Positions 1-9,612 of a stretch of DNA of 64,000 bases are shown here, piece after piece. The stretch lies in the NCBI GenBank assembly GCA_038245295.1, contig JBBRSP010000001.1, positions 224,001 through 288,000 on the forward strand, given 5' to 3'. Below the pieces are notes generated by a model. The model was not told the DNA's origin, did no database searches, and was given only the letters and a program-made list of their open reading frames with translations. The first letter of the stretch is position 1; each line of letters starts with the position of its first letter. Source of the DNA: Candidatus Binatia bacterium. GTDB lineage: Bacteria; Desulfobacterota; Binatia; HRBIN30. The translations under genes were made by a program, and so were the position numbers.

Positions 1-63
1 CAACCATAACCACAACGGTATCAGCGCCAGCAGCGCCAACATCCAGGGATCATGCAGCCGCAC
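1..63 (-). CDS. BatA-like VWA-domain protein, N-terminus only (runs off window)
   Basis: GTG at 63 gives MRLHDPWMLALLALIPLWLWL, like the BatA N-terminal TM motif; overlaps stop of the upstream gene in a moxR-DUF58 operon. Confidence 0.65.
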   Translation of the reverse strand, partial: MRLHDPWMLALLALIPLWLWL

Positions 64-1015
64 GAGGCACGTCTCCTGTGATTGATTGCGGTCGTGTTTC
101 GTCGATGAAGCGGCGCGCCGCCTCGTAGGCGGCGGCTGTATCTTCGAGAGTCGGCAAGTGACGGGCGAACTTTACGAGGTCGGCCTGCGACAGGAACTCT
201 CCCAGCAGGCGTCGTTGCTGTGAAGTAAGGCGGGCATTGGCGGCGGCAGCAGTATTGAGAAACTCTTCGGTTGTCATCTCGGGGGCACGCACCTTCATGC
301 CGTCCTCGAGGTAACGTCGGATGATCGCCGACAATTCGACATAGTAGGCCTCGAACTTACCCTGCTCGAGGTAACCTTCGGTGCGCAACCGGCCCAAAGC
401 CGCCAACGCCACTTCGTGGGCTGGGGGTGGCGGTACCACGTGGACGCGCGCCGGTCGTCTGACCAAGAGATAGAAGCCGGCGATCGCCAGACCGAACACG
501 GTAATCGCCGCCAAGGCAAGCGCCAGCGGCCGCCAGTCGAGTGGCACATCGAGTGGTGGCGCGATGTCTTCGATGTTCGTGCTGCCTTCGGGCAATAGGG
601 CGCGTACGTTGATCGTCAAGGTGTTGCCCTCGACGTCGGCAAACCAACCGCCCGGCGTGCGATACTCGGCCTTCGGTGCCGGCACGATGCGCGCGCCGAC
701 CTGGAAGGCCGTCAGCGTGTACCATCGTGTGATCGTCGTGTTGCCGCCTTCCTTGCGCGGCGGCTCCTCGCCGAAGTCGACGATTTCAAAATCGCCCTGC
801 CTGCCGGCAAGCAGCGGGACACGGACCTCGACTTCGGCAGCGGCGGTAACCTGAACCCGATAACGGATCGGATCACCGATGGTGACTTCGAGCGGCTCGG
901 CCGTGGCACGGACGGTGACCGGTGCCGGGGCGGCGGTTGCCGTCGCCTCGGGCTCTTGTGCGCCCACCGGCAGGGTCACCAGGCACAACGAGAGAATGAG
1001 AATTGGCAATCGCAT
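50..1015 (-). CDS. Bat-operon membrane protein (BatD-like/DUF4381-like)
   Basis: Signal peptide, Ig-like start (EVTIGDPIRYRV), one TM helix, C-terminal YYVELSAIIRRYLE/EMTTEEF/ADLVKFA motifs. Confidence 0.75.
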   Translation of the reverse strand: MRLPILILSLCLVTLPVGAQEPEATATAAPAPVTVRATAEPLEVTIGDPIRYRVQVTAAAEVEVRVPLLAGRQGDFEIVDFGEEPPRKEGGNTTITRWYTLTAFQVGARIVPAPKAEYRTPGGWFADVEGNTLTINVRALLPEGSTNIEDIAPPLDVPLDWRPLALALAAITVFGLAIAGFYLLVRRPARVHVVPPPPAHEVALAALGRLRTEGYLEQGKFEAYYVELSAIIRRYLEDGMKVRAPEMTTEEFLNTAAAANARLTSQQRRLLGEFLSQADLVKFARHLPTLEDTAAAYEAARRFIDETRPQSITGDVPRAAA

Positions 1016-1017
1016 GG

Positions 1018-1893
1018 TCAGTGGCGGCGCTCCCGCATGCGGAAGAAGCGCATGAGTGCTTCCGTGTAAGATTGGTCGGTGCGCAAAACGATGGCGTCGA
1101 CATCGATGCTGCGCAGCATGCGGTCGCGCTCCTGGCGGGCCGCCGCACTGTCAGCGGCAAACTTCCGCCGTACGGCGCTGCTGCTCGTGTCGACGAGCAT
1201 CGTGTCACCGTTTTCCGCGTCTTCGAGGGCGATCATCCCGACATCGGGCAACTCGAACTCGCGTGGATCGTCGAGAACGACGGCGATGATGTCGTGCCGT
1301 CGATTCGCCGTCTTGAGGGCCAATCGCGACCGCGGGTCGAGGAAGTCGGAGATCACGAAGGTGACGCAGCGTCGTTTGGTGACGTGGTTCAGATGTTCGA
1401 GGGCGCCGGCAATGTCGGTGCCGTGGCCCCGCGGTTTGAACGACAGAATCTCGCGGATGACGCGCAACACATGGCGCGTGCCCTTCTTCGGCCGCACCGC
1501 CATCTCGATCTCATCGCTGAACATCACCAGGCCAACTTTGTCGTTGTTGGTGATGGCCGAGAACGCGAACAGAGCCGCGAGCTCGGCGGCCATCTCGCTC
1601 TTCAGTTGACGCACGCTGCCGAAGCGCGTCGAGGCGCTGGCATCGACCAGCAGCATGACGGTGAGCTCGCGCTCTTCCGTAAAACGTTTGACATGCGGCA
1701 CCCCGGTGCGCGCGGTGACGTTCCAGTCGATCGTCCGGACGTCATCGCCGGGAATGTAGTGACGCACCTCGGCGAACTCCATGCCGTGTCCCTTGAAGAC
1801 ACTCTGGTATTGCCCGGCGAACAGATCGCTGACGAGATGACTCGTGCGGATCTGAATCTTGCGAACAGCCTTGAGTTGATCTGGCGATAACAC
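1018..1893 (-). CDS. DUF58 domain protein (MoxR-associated, VWA-like)
   Basis: GMEFAEVRHYIPGDDVRTIDWNVTAR and LLVDASAS motifs. Confidence 0.92.
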   Translation of the reverse strand: MLSPDQLKAVRKIQIRTSHLVSDLFAGQYQSVFKGHGMEFAEVRHYIPGDDVRTIDWNVTARTGVPHVKRFTEERELTVMLLVDASASTRFGSVRQLKSEMAAELAALFAFSAITNNDKVGLVMFSDEIEMAVRPKKGTRHVLRVIREILSFKPRGHGTDIAGALEHLNHVTKRRCVTFVISDFLDPRSRLALKTANRRHDIIAVVLDDPREFELPDVGMIALEDAENGDTMLVDTSSSAVRRKFAADSAAARQERDRMLRSIDVDAIVLRTDQSYTEALMRFFRMRERRH

Positions 1894-1930
1894 GTCGCGC
1901 CCTACGCCCTACCGAAAAATGCCCAACGCC

Positions 1931-2920
1931 TCAGGGCACCGGTACTCCATCAAACACCTGCTTGATCACGGCATCCGACGTGATGTCTTCGGCCTCGGCC
2001 TCGTAGGTGACGATGACGCGGTGGCGCAACACGTCGGGACCGACGGACTTAATGTCCTGCGGCGTGACGTAGCCACGCCCTTGCAGCAGAGCGTACGCCT
2101 TTGAGGCGAGTGACAAGCTGAGAGTCGCACGCGGTGAAGCGCCGTAGTGGATGAAGCGCTTGAGATCGAGCTTGAAGGCATCCGGCTCACGCGTCGCCAC
2201 CACGAGGTCGATGATGTACTCCTTGATCTTCTCGTCGACATAAATGTCGTCGACCAATTTGCGCAGGCGCAGGATGTCGCCGGTATGCATGATGGTCGTC
2301 GGAACGATCTTCGACTCGGTGGACCCCATACGATCGAGGATCTGGCGTTCCTCGGCGCGCGTCGGGTAGGTGATCGACAGCTTCAGCATGAAACGGTCGA
2401 CCTGGGCCTCCGGAAGCGGGTAGGTGCCCTCTTGTTCGATGGGGTTCTGTGTGGCGAGCACCAGGAACGGATCGGGTAGTTTGTGGGTCGTCTCGCCGAT
2501 CGTCACTTGATGTTCCTGCATCGCTTCGAGGAGGGCGCTCTGTACCTTGGCCGGGGCGCGGTTGATTTCGTCGGCCAGGATGATGTTGGCGAAGATCGGG
2601 CCCTTTTTGGTGGTGAACTCGCCGTCCTTGGGGCTGTAGACGAGTGTACCGATCAGGTCGGCGGGCAACAGGTCGGGAGTGAACTGCAGGCGGCGGAAAC
2701 TGGCATCGATCGACTGCGCCAGGGTTTTCACCGATAGAGTTTTCGCCAATCCGGGAACGCCTTCCAGCAAGACGTGGCCGTTGGTGAGAAGTCCGATGAA
2801 CAGCCGATCAATCAGATAACGTTGACCGACGATGACGCGGCCGATTTCCTCGCGCAGGCGGTAGAGGACGGCGGATTCGTCCTTGACGCGATCGTTGATG
2901 GCCGTGAGCCCAGCTTCCAT
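1931..2920 (-). CDS. moxR: MoxR-family AAA+ ATPase
   Basis: LLEGVPGLAKT Walker A, LQFTPDLLPAD, LADEINRAPAKVQSALLEAMQE, ATQNPIEQEGTYPLPEAQVDRF. Confidence 0.95.
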   Translation of the reverse strand: MEAGLTAINDRVKDESAVLYRLREEIGRVIVGQRYLIDRLFIGLLTNGHVLLEGVPGLAKTLSVKTLAQSIDASFRRLQFTPDLLPADLIGTLVYSPKDGEFTTKKGPIFANIILADEINRAPAKVQSALLEAMQEHQVTIGETTHKLPDPFLVLATQNPIEQEGTYPLPEAQVDRFMLKLSITYPTRAEERQILDRMGSTESKIVPTTIMHTGDILRLRKLVDDIYVDEKIKEYIIDLVVATREPDAFKLDLKRFIHYGASPRATLSLSLASKAYALLQGRGYVTPQDIKSVGPDVLRHRVIVTYEAEAEDITSDAVIKQVFDGVPVP

Positions 2921-3128
2921 GGCTTCGATTCTCCCTGTTCTAAACTCTTGTGTTGGCGAAACGCGCCGAAGACGACGTTCGCGAGCGCGATTTGTTCAGC
3001 GCTCGGGTCACCTTTCGCCGGGAAGTTTCTTACCATCGAAGGGACGGGCGTCAAGGTTGCGGTTGTTTGACTGTGTTCCCACAGCCCTCCCGTTGGCCGA
3101 AACCACATCAGGCCAACCAGCCCTACTC

Positions 3129-3201
3129 CGTCATACCGGCGAAAGCCGGTATCTTCCCAGCAATTCCACTCGAGGAGATCCCGGCTTTCGCCGGGATGAC
3201 G
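3129..3201. repeat. REP-like inverted doublet
   Basis: 26-bp arms CGTCATACCGGCGAAAGCCGGTATCT (3129-3154) and AGATCCCGGCTTTCGCCGGGATGACG (3176-3201), 2 mismatches; each arm has its own CCGGC-GAAA-GCCGG hairpin; homolog at 31887-31967. Confidence 0.85.
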
Positions 3202-3223
3202 TTGCGTGGCGCCAGATCCCGCC

Positions 3224-4387
3224 TTACGGCGCGATCAGATCCTGCCACTTCGGTCCGTTGCTAAGAAAATCCGCCGTCCATTCGCGCACGGTGATGCCGT
3301 TGAGTTCTTCCGTGTAGAAGTTGTCCGAGACCAGCGCCGTATGTGTCGCGCCGCGCGGGAAGAAGCGTTTGATGCGGTCGGGGTAGCGGCCCTGCACGTC
3401 GTTGGTGACAGTACGCAGCAGCGAGCCGAACATGTCGGCGTCGAGTTTCAGGAAGAACGTTAGTACGCCGTCCTCCTGATAGTCGAAGTAGGCGACTCGC
3501 AGTCCTGGGTCGCGTTGGACCGCCCAGTCGGTAAGATAGGTCAGCTGGGTAGAGCACTCGGTGCAGGTCGGCGGTACCGACGAGCTGAAGTGCCAATTGG
3601 TATTGCGCTCGGCAATCGTCTGGGTGTCGGCTGGATTCTGGAGCCCGGGTCCGGAGTCATCAAAGACGAGAAGCGGCGTCGTCGGGAAGGCGACGCGGGT
3701 GACGGCGTAGCCGGTGTAGGTTCCGAAGCCGCCGGCGCTGCTGCCCGCGACCACGAGTCGATCGACATTGGGGAACTCGCGTTGCGCCAGGGTGACGGCG
3801 GCGGAGACGTTCTGCAAGCCGTGATGGTAGGTGTGTTTGTCGCGGTAGTCGACGATGTTGTCGCCGGCGAAGACCGAACCATCGCAGTACGAGGCGTAGA
3901 CGATGTTCCAATCCTTGAACGGATTGTCGGCGTTGGTGTTGTCGAGAATCCCGCCGCCGACCGCCGGTCCGGCAACGAGTTTGGCGAGCGGCGATTGCCA
4001 ACAGGTGGCGTAGTTCCAACAAGCGCCGCCGCCTTCGAGGTAGATCAAGACGTGATTCGAGCTGCCGCGTCGCAGATTTACTTGATAGGTCGTGCCGCCG
4101 CGGCAAATCGCCATCTCGGCGGTCTTGTCGTAGGTATACTCTTCCCACTGGCCGTTGCGGTTCATGGCATTGGGCTGGATGCCGAGATGGCGACCGATGC
4201 CGGTCGCGGCGAGTTCGGCAACGATGGGCGGAACAGTTGCTGTCGGCGACGCCGTAGCCGTCGGTTTGACGGTTGCGGTGGCCGTCGCCTGAGGCGTCGG
4301 TGCCGCGCCGTTGTCATCGTCACCGCAGCCAATCGCGGCGGCGCTCAGCAGCGCCGCGAGTAGAATCAAACCGTATCGTTGCTTCAT
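3224..4387 (-). CDS. Pectinacetylesterase-family alpha/beta hydrolase lipoprotein
   Basis: Lipobox IGC; IYLEGGGACW, YCDGSVFAG, GSSAGG nucleophile motif. Confidence 0.85.
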   Translation of the reverse strand: MKQRYGLILLAALLSAAAIGCGDDDNGAAPTPQATATATVKPTATASPTATVPPIVAELAATGIGRHLGIQPNAMNRNGQWEEYTYDKTAEMAICRGGTTYQVNLRRGSSNHVLIYLEGGGACWNYATCWQSPLAKLVAGPAVGGGILDNTNADNPFKDWNIVYASYCDGSVFAGDNIVDYRDKHTYHHGLQNVSAAVTLAQREFPNVDRLVVAGSSAGGFGTYTGYAVTRVAFPTTPLLVFDDSGPGLQNPADTQTIAERNTNWHFSSSVPPTCTECSTQLTYLTDWAVQRDPGLRVAYFDYQEDGVLTFFLKLDADMFGSLLRTVTNDVQGRYPDRIKRFFPRGATHTALVSDNFYTEELNGITVREWTADFLSNGPKWQDLIAP

Positions 4388-4505
4388 TCCGTTCCCCTCT
4401 CGCCGCGCTGCCTTATCCCAAGCGGCCGGGGCGGTCTACCTGGCGCCGACCACGATCCCTCCGCCCGATTGCCAGCGCCGCCCAGATCGCCTATCGCGCG
4501 TGTCT

Positions 4506-5282
4506 ATGCCAGCCGCCGCACCAAGCCTCGAAGGTAGAGTTGCCGTTGTCACCGGCGCCGGGAACGGTATCGGGCGCGCCATCGCCCAACGCCTGGCTGC
4601 CGACGGCGCGCGACTCGGCATTCTGGATCTCAACGGTCCCGCGGCTAGCGAGGCCGCCTCACTCATTGCCACTGCCGGCGGCGAGGCGACGGCGATTGTC
4701 GCCGATGTTGCTGATCGCGATTCGGTGGGACGCGCGATTGACGAGGTCCGCCGTCGTTACGGAGCGATCGGCATCCTGGTCAACAACGCCGGCTGGGACA
4801 AGCTCGAACCGTTCACGCAAAATGTCCCGGAGCTGTGGGATCGCCTCATCGACATCAATCTCAAGGGGCCGATCCACTGCACTCGCGCCGTGGTCGATGA
4901 CATGATCGCCGCCGGCGCCGGCAAGATCATCAGCATCAGCTCGGATGCGGCGCGTGTCGGCAGCACCGGCGAGGCGGTCTATTCGGCGTGTAAAGGCGGC
5001 ATCCTCTCGTTCTCGAAAACCATGGCGCGCGAGCTGGCGCGGCATCGCATCAACGTCAACGTCGTCTGCCCGGGGCCAACCGACACGAATCTGCTCAAGG
5101 AGATCACCGCCGGTGAGCAGGGCGCCAAGATCATCGCGGCGATGACTCGTGCGGTGCCATTCGGCCGCCTCGGCCGCCCCGATGACATTGCCAACGCCGT
5201 CGCCTTCTTTGCGTCGTCCGATTCCGATTTCATCACCGGCCAGGTTCTGAGCGTCAGTGGCGGCCTGACCATGGCCGGCTGA
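4506..5282 (+). CDS. SDR oxidoreductase, BadH (2-hydroxycyclohexanecarboxyl-CoA dehydrogenase)-like
   Basis: TGAGNGIG, NNAGWD, YSACK, VCPGPTDT, ITGQVLSVSGG. Confidence 0.88.
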   Translation: MPAAAPSLEGRVAVVTGAGNGIGRAIAQRLAADGARLGILDLNGPAASEAASLIATAGGEATAIVADVADRDSVGRAIDEVRRRYGAIGILVNNAGWDKLEPFTQNVPELWDRLIDINLKGPIHCTRAVVDDMIAAGAGKIISISSDAARVGSTGEAVYSACKGGILSFSKTMARELARHRINVNVVCPGPTDTNLLKEITAGEQGAKIIAAMTRAVPFGRLGRPDDIANAVAFFASSDSDFITGQVLSVSGGLTMAG

Positions 5283-5334
5283 TCCGACAAGGTAACCTGG
5301 GACGTTGAAGCCTCGCCGGTGCGACGAGAACCGC

Positions 5335-7140
5335 GTGGGCAATTTCCTTCTTATGAGCGGCGCAGGCGAAGCGGCTGGCACAATCTGGCGCAAAGGTCTG
5401 GCGCAAGCACAGCGCCTGAAAGGGATCGTACCGACGCGTGTGTTTGAGACGCCAGATCTGCGTGCTGCTTCCTTCGCCCGCCAGAACGGCTCCGGCACGC
5501 CTTTGCTGCGTGACGAATCCACCGGTAATTGGTTGCTGGCGGCCGGCAGTTGGTTCCACACCGATGGTTACGGCTCGGGTGCCGAGGCGCGGCTGCTGGA
5601 GCGACTGGTGCAGGTGGGGGGCGCGGCAGTAGCGCAAGAGCTCTCCGGGTTCTTCACGTTGCTGTTTGGTGATGCCCAAAGGGGAGAGACCGTTGTCATC
5701 ACGGATCTGCTCGGCGGTCGCCAGGCCTTTTATCGCGAGTTCCCGTGGGGCGTCGCGTTGGCGAGCTCTTCCTTGCTACTGGCCAGCCTCGATGCCGCGG
5801 CGCTGGATCAACTCGGTTGCGAGGAGTTTCTGCGCACCGGCGTCGTCGCGGAGGATCGCAGCTTTTTTCGCGACGTGCGTAAATTGGCCCCCGCCAGTGT
5901 CTACCGAATCGCCAACGGCAAGCTGAATCCGCCGCACTGTTATTGGCGGTTCACCCAATTGAATCCTGAAGCGCTGCGCGGCGAACCGGCAATTGAAGCA
6001 TTCGGCGCCAGTCTGATTGCCACCGCACGCCAGGTAGCGGATGTGTTTCCTCGCATCATCAGCGACTTGACCGGCGGATATGATTCGCGGCTGCTGGCAG
6101 CCGCCTTGATGACGGCGGGCGTCTCGTTCGAGACGACGGTCTCTGGTGCTCGGACGGCCCCTGATGTCGTGATCGCCTGCCGCCTCGCCGAGATCACCGG
6201 CCGGCCGCATCATGCCTTTGAAACGAATCCACAACTCAGCTTCGCGGACCTTCAGCCGGCGCTCGCCCTGACCGACGGCGAGACAGACGTCGTGCACTAC
6301 GCCAGGCATGCGTTGCCGGCGCACGCGGCTTCGGCGATGCGATATGACATTAGTCTGAACGGCTCGGCCGGCGAGCTCGCGCGGGCCCATTGGTGCGGGC
6401 TATTGTGGCCGCATGCCGGCGCCCGTGCGCCGCTCGATGCGCGCAAGATTGCGACGGCGCGTTTTGCCGTTGCTCCCAACAGCTCACAACTATTCGATGC
6501 ACCGATCGATCTGGTCGGACATTTTGCGGCGATGATCGAGCGAGTGAACGTTGACCTTCGTGATTGGCCTAACACGGCACAGTTGGATCACGCCTTTCTG
6601 CGCTTGCGCATGCGATCCTGGCAAGGGCGCCTGGCGACCAGCACCGACCAGATTCGCCCATGTGTGTCGCCGTTCATGCTTCGTCCGCTGTTGGAAACGA
6701 TTCTGCAAACCGACTCTGGCTTGCGCCGCCGCAACCAATTGGTGCGGCACGTTCTCAGCCGGATGCAACCGCGGCTGGCGGCCTGCCGGCTCGAACACGG
6801 TTACCCGGCGGAACCGGTCACCTTCGCCAATGCTCATCGGTTTGCGCCGCTGCTGATCCGGTCTGGGCGCAAGGTGTGGTCCAAAGGTTGGCGCGCCCTC
6901 GGCGTCGAAGGCTCCGCCGTGCCGGTGCACGGCACAGAGTCTGCCCGGCTGCAATTGTGGCAACAGGAGGAAGTGCGAGCCCTGCTGCAACCCGGGACGA
7001 TGCGGCTGCGCGATTGGTTGGGGGCGGGGCGATTGCAGACATTTCTCGACGCTTCGCAACAGCCGATCTTTCGCTCCGAACAACAGTGGAGCTGGTTGCT
7101 GAGTTTGGAGTGGGCGTTGCGTGCGGCGCATGGCGAGTGA
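5335..7140 (+). CDS. Asparagine synthase-related protein
   Basis: Degenerate class II GATase-like N-domain (LSGFFTLL, TDLLGGRQAFY) and PP-loop variant DLTGGYDSR; start uncertain (GTG 5335 or ATG 5353). Confidence 0.72.
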   Translation: MGNFLLMSGAGEAAGTIWRKGLAQAQRLKGIVPTRVFETPDLRAASFARQNGSGTPLLRDESTGNWLLAAGSWFHTDGYGSGAEARLLERLVQVGGAAVAQELSGFFTLLFGDAQRGETVVITDLLGGRQAFYREFPWGVALASSSLLLASLDAAALDQLGCEEFLRTGVVAEDRSFFRDVRKLAPASVYRIANGKLNPPHCYWRFTQLNPEALRGEPAIEAFGASLIATARQVADVFPRIISDLTGGYDSRLLAAALMTAGVSFETTVSGARTAPDVVIACRLAEITGRPHHAFETNPQLSFADLQPALALTDGETDVVHYARHALPAHAASAMRYDISLNGSAGELARAHWCGLLWPHAGARAPLDARKIATARFAVAPNSSQLFDAPIDLVGHFAAMIERVNVDLRDWPNTAQLDHAFLRLRMRSWQGRLATSTDQIRPCVSPFMLRPLLETILQTDSGLRRRNQLVRHVLSRMQPRLAACRLEHGYPAEPVTFANAHRFAPLLIRSGRKVWSKGWRALGVEGSAVPVHGTESARLQLWQQEEVRALLQPGTMRLRDWLGAGRLQTFLDASQQPIFRSEQQWSWLLSLEWALRAAHGE

Positions 7141-7188
7141 ACTGTCTTCAGCACGGGTTCGCGGTTCTCCGTCAGCGCAGTTTCGCCC

Positions 7189-8667
7189 TCAGGTGAGCTG
7201 ACGAATCAGCTCCTTCTTCTTGAACTTGCCCGGGCCGATGCGTGGAATCTCGGCGACGAAGACGATCTGCTGCGGCACCTTGTGGGGAGCCAGCGTCAGT
7301 CGGGCAAAATCGCGCAACTCGTCTTCGGAGGCAAAGGCGCCCGGTTGCAAGGTCACGGCGGCGACGATGCGTTCACCCTGATCCGAGTCGGGGACGCCGA
7401 CGACGGCAACCTCCTGCACGGCGCGGTGGTGCTGCAGTACCGTTTCGATCTCTAGCGCCCCGACCTTGAAGCCACGCGTCTTGATGATGTCGACCGAACT
7501 GCGGCCGACAATGCGGAACTGACCGTCGCTCTCGCGCACCGCCAAATCGCCGGAGCGCAGGTAGCCCTGTAGCATCGCTTGTGCGGTTTCCTGGGGCCGG
7601 TGCCAGTAGCCACTGAATAGGTTGGGGCCTCTGATCAGGATCTCGCCCTGTACACCGTCGGCGACGTCACAGAGCTCGCCGACATTGGCGGCGTCGCTAT
7701 CGACGAGACGCACCTCGACTCCCGGTAAGGGGCGGCCGACCACTCCCGGGCGCCGCGCTTCATCGTAGCGAGTGGAAAGGGCGAAACCGCACTCGGTCAT
7801 GCCGTAACGATCCATCAAGGCGAAGCCGGACCGCTCCTCGAAGGCCTCATACGTGGCGGCGTGGAGCGGTGCTGACCCGGAAACCCACAGGCGCATCCGA
7901 TGCAGATCGCGGTTGTGAAACTCTTCGACGGGTAGGCTGACCAGCCGGTTGTACATCGTTGGTACGCCGAAGAACATCGTGCACTCGGCCAAGGCGAGAT
8001 CATCGAGTGTCGATTCGACGGCGAAGCGTCGCTTGAGCACGATGCTCGAGCCGACCAGCAAGCTCGTCAGGATACCGAGACCGAGGCCGTGCAGGTGAAA
8101 GCAGGGCAGGGCAAGCAGGAGGCGATCTTCGGGCGTCCAGCGCCATGCCGAGGCAACGGTCTGCAAGTTGGAGACGAGCGCGGCATTCGACAAAACCGCT
8201 CCTTTGGGCCGCCCCGTTGTTCCGGAGGTGTAGATCATCAACGCCCCGTCTTCCGGGCGAGTCGCGATCGACACGCCGATCGTCGAGCCGGTCAACGGCG
8301 CATCCAGGCAGTTTCGATGGCCCGCCGCTTCGGCGCTGCGGCGATGTTCCGCGCCGAGAAACGCCGCGGCAACCGCAGCGTCTCCGAGGACGTAAAGCAA
8401 CTCGTCGGCGGTATAGGCTGGGTTGAGCGGAACGAGTACTGCCCCGGCCTTCAGCACACCGAGAACTGTCGCCACCAACTCGACTGAGTTGCCAAGCCCG
8501 ACGGCGACTCGCTGCCCGACACCGACATTCGCCGCCTGGAGGAGGGCGGCCACCGCACCCGCCCGGCCTTCAAGCTCACCGTACGTAAGCCATGAGCCGT
8601 CGAAGTTGAGAGCTAGCCCATCGTGACGACGAGCGGCCGTTTCGCCAAGGACAGCCGACAGAGACAT
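7189..8667 (-). CDS. Acyl-CoA synthetase (MatB/malonyl-CoA ligase-like AMP-binding enzyme)
   Basis: IYTSGTTGRPKG, LPCFHLHGL, RYGMTE, YLRSGD, DIIKTRGFKV. Confidence 0.9.
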   Translation of the reverse strand: MSLSAVLGETAARRHDGLALNFDGSWLTYGELEGRAGAVAALLQAANVGVGQRVAVGLGNSVELVATVLGVLKAGAVLVPLNPAYTADELLYVLGDAAVAAAFLGAEHRRSAEAAGHRNCLDAPLTGSTIGVSIATRPEDGALMIYTSGTTGRPKGAVLSNAALVSNLQTVASAWRWTPEDRLLLALPCFHLHGLGLGILTSLLVGSSIVLKRRFAVESTLDDLALAECTMFFGVPTMYNRLVSLPVEEFHNRDLHRMRLWVSGSAPLHAATYEAFEERSGFALMDRYGMTECGFALSTRYDEARRPGVVGRPLPGVEVRLVDSDAANVGELCDVADGVQGEILIRGPNLFSGYWHRPQETAQAMLQGYLRSGDLAVRESDGQFRIVGRSSVDIIKTRGFKVGALEIETVLQHHRAVQEVAVVGVPDSDQGERIVAAVTLQPGAFASEDELRDFARLTLAPHKVPQQIVFVAEIPRIGPGKFKKKELIRQLT

Positions 8668-8677
8668 CTGGACACGC

Positions 8678-8764
8678 GGCCATTCTGCCATCGGGCCATT
8701 TAGTCACGTTGCTCCCGCTTCGCCAAACGGCCAAATGACCAGATGGCCCGATGGCAAAATGGTC
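8678..8764. repeat. Inverted pair of 8-mer tandem arrays in a divergent intergenic region
   Basis: GGCCATTCTGCCATCGGGCCATTTAGTCA (8678-8706) is near-complementary to TGACCAGATGGCCCGATGGCAAAATGGTC (8736-8764); 8-bp period. Confidence 0.8.
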
Positions 8765-8789
8765 CTGTTCTGCGCTAAACGCGTGCCCC

Positions 8790-9584
8790 ATGAGTCGACT
8801 GGCGGGAATGACGGCGCTGATTACCGGCGCGGCTTCGGGGATTGGTTCGGCGTGCGCCGTGCGTTTTGCGCAGGAGGGGGCGCGTGTAGTTGGCTTCGAT
8901 GCGAACGGCGCGGGTGACGAGCGCTGGACCGAAGCGGCGCGCTTGAGTGGTGGCGCTCCGTTGTTGGTCGGCGATGTGCGCCGCGAAGTCGAGGTCGAAG
9001 CGGCGGTTGCGCAAGCGCGCGATCACCTCGGTAGTCTCGACCTGCTGGTCAACTCGGCCGGTGTCGCCGGTGGTGGCCCGGTGCACATGCTCGCCACCGA
9101 AGAATGGGATCGGGTCATCGATATCAACCTGAAGGGTACATTCCTGTTCTGCAAACACACCCTGCCCGTGATGATGGAGCAGCGGCGCGGCTCCATCGTC
9201 AACCTGGCAAGCATCGAAGGGCTCGAAGCCTTCGAGGGCGGCAGCGCCTACAACGCCTCGAAGGGTGCCGTTGTATTACTCACCAAGAATCTGGCGATGG
9301 ACTACGCGCGTCTTGGGATTCGCGTCAACGCGATCTGTCCCGGCTTCATCCAAACACCGATGATGAGTGGCGTGCTCGATCTGGGCGGATTCGAGGAGCT
9401 CAAGGCACGTGTCGCCGACCTGCATCAAATGGGTCGATTCGGGCGCCCCGAAGAAATTGCCGCCGCGGCGCTGTTCCTGGCATCGGAGGACGCCTCGTTT
9501 GTGACCGGCCACTCTCTGGTTGTCGATGGTGGCTACACTGCCGGGCATCGAATTGGTCTCGGCAAAATGATGGGTTTGGAATAG
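8790..9584 (+). CDS. SDR family oxidoreductase
   Basis: TGAASGIG, VNSAG, YNASK, NAICPGFI, VTGHSLVVDGG. Confidence 0.92.
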   Translation: MSRLAGMTALITGAASGIGSACAVRFAQEGARVVGFDANGAGDERWTEAARLSGGAPLLVGDVRREVEVEAAVAQARDHLGSLDLLVNSAGVAGGGPVHMLATEEWDRVIDINLKGTFLFCKHTLPVMMEQRRGSIVNLASIEGLEAFEGGSAYNASKGAVVLLTKNLAMDYARLGIRVNAICPGFIQTPMMSGVLDLGGFEELKARVADLHQMGRFGRPEEIAAAALFLASEDASFVTGHSLVVDGGYTAGHRIGLGKMMGLE

Positions 9585-9612
9585 TCCTGTCTGCACCGAA
9601 GGGGAGAGACAT

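Noticed and set aside
5335..7140. Asparagine synthase-like gene as a lasso peptide cyclase
   Set aside because: No precursor peptide, RRE/PqqD or B2 protease nearby
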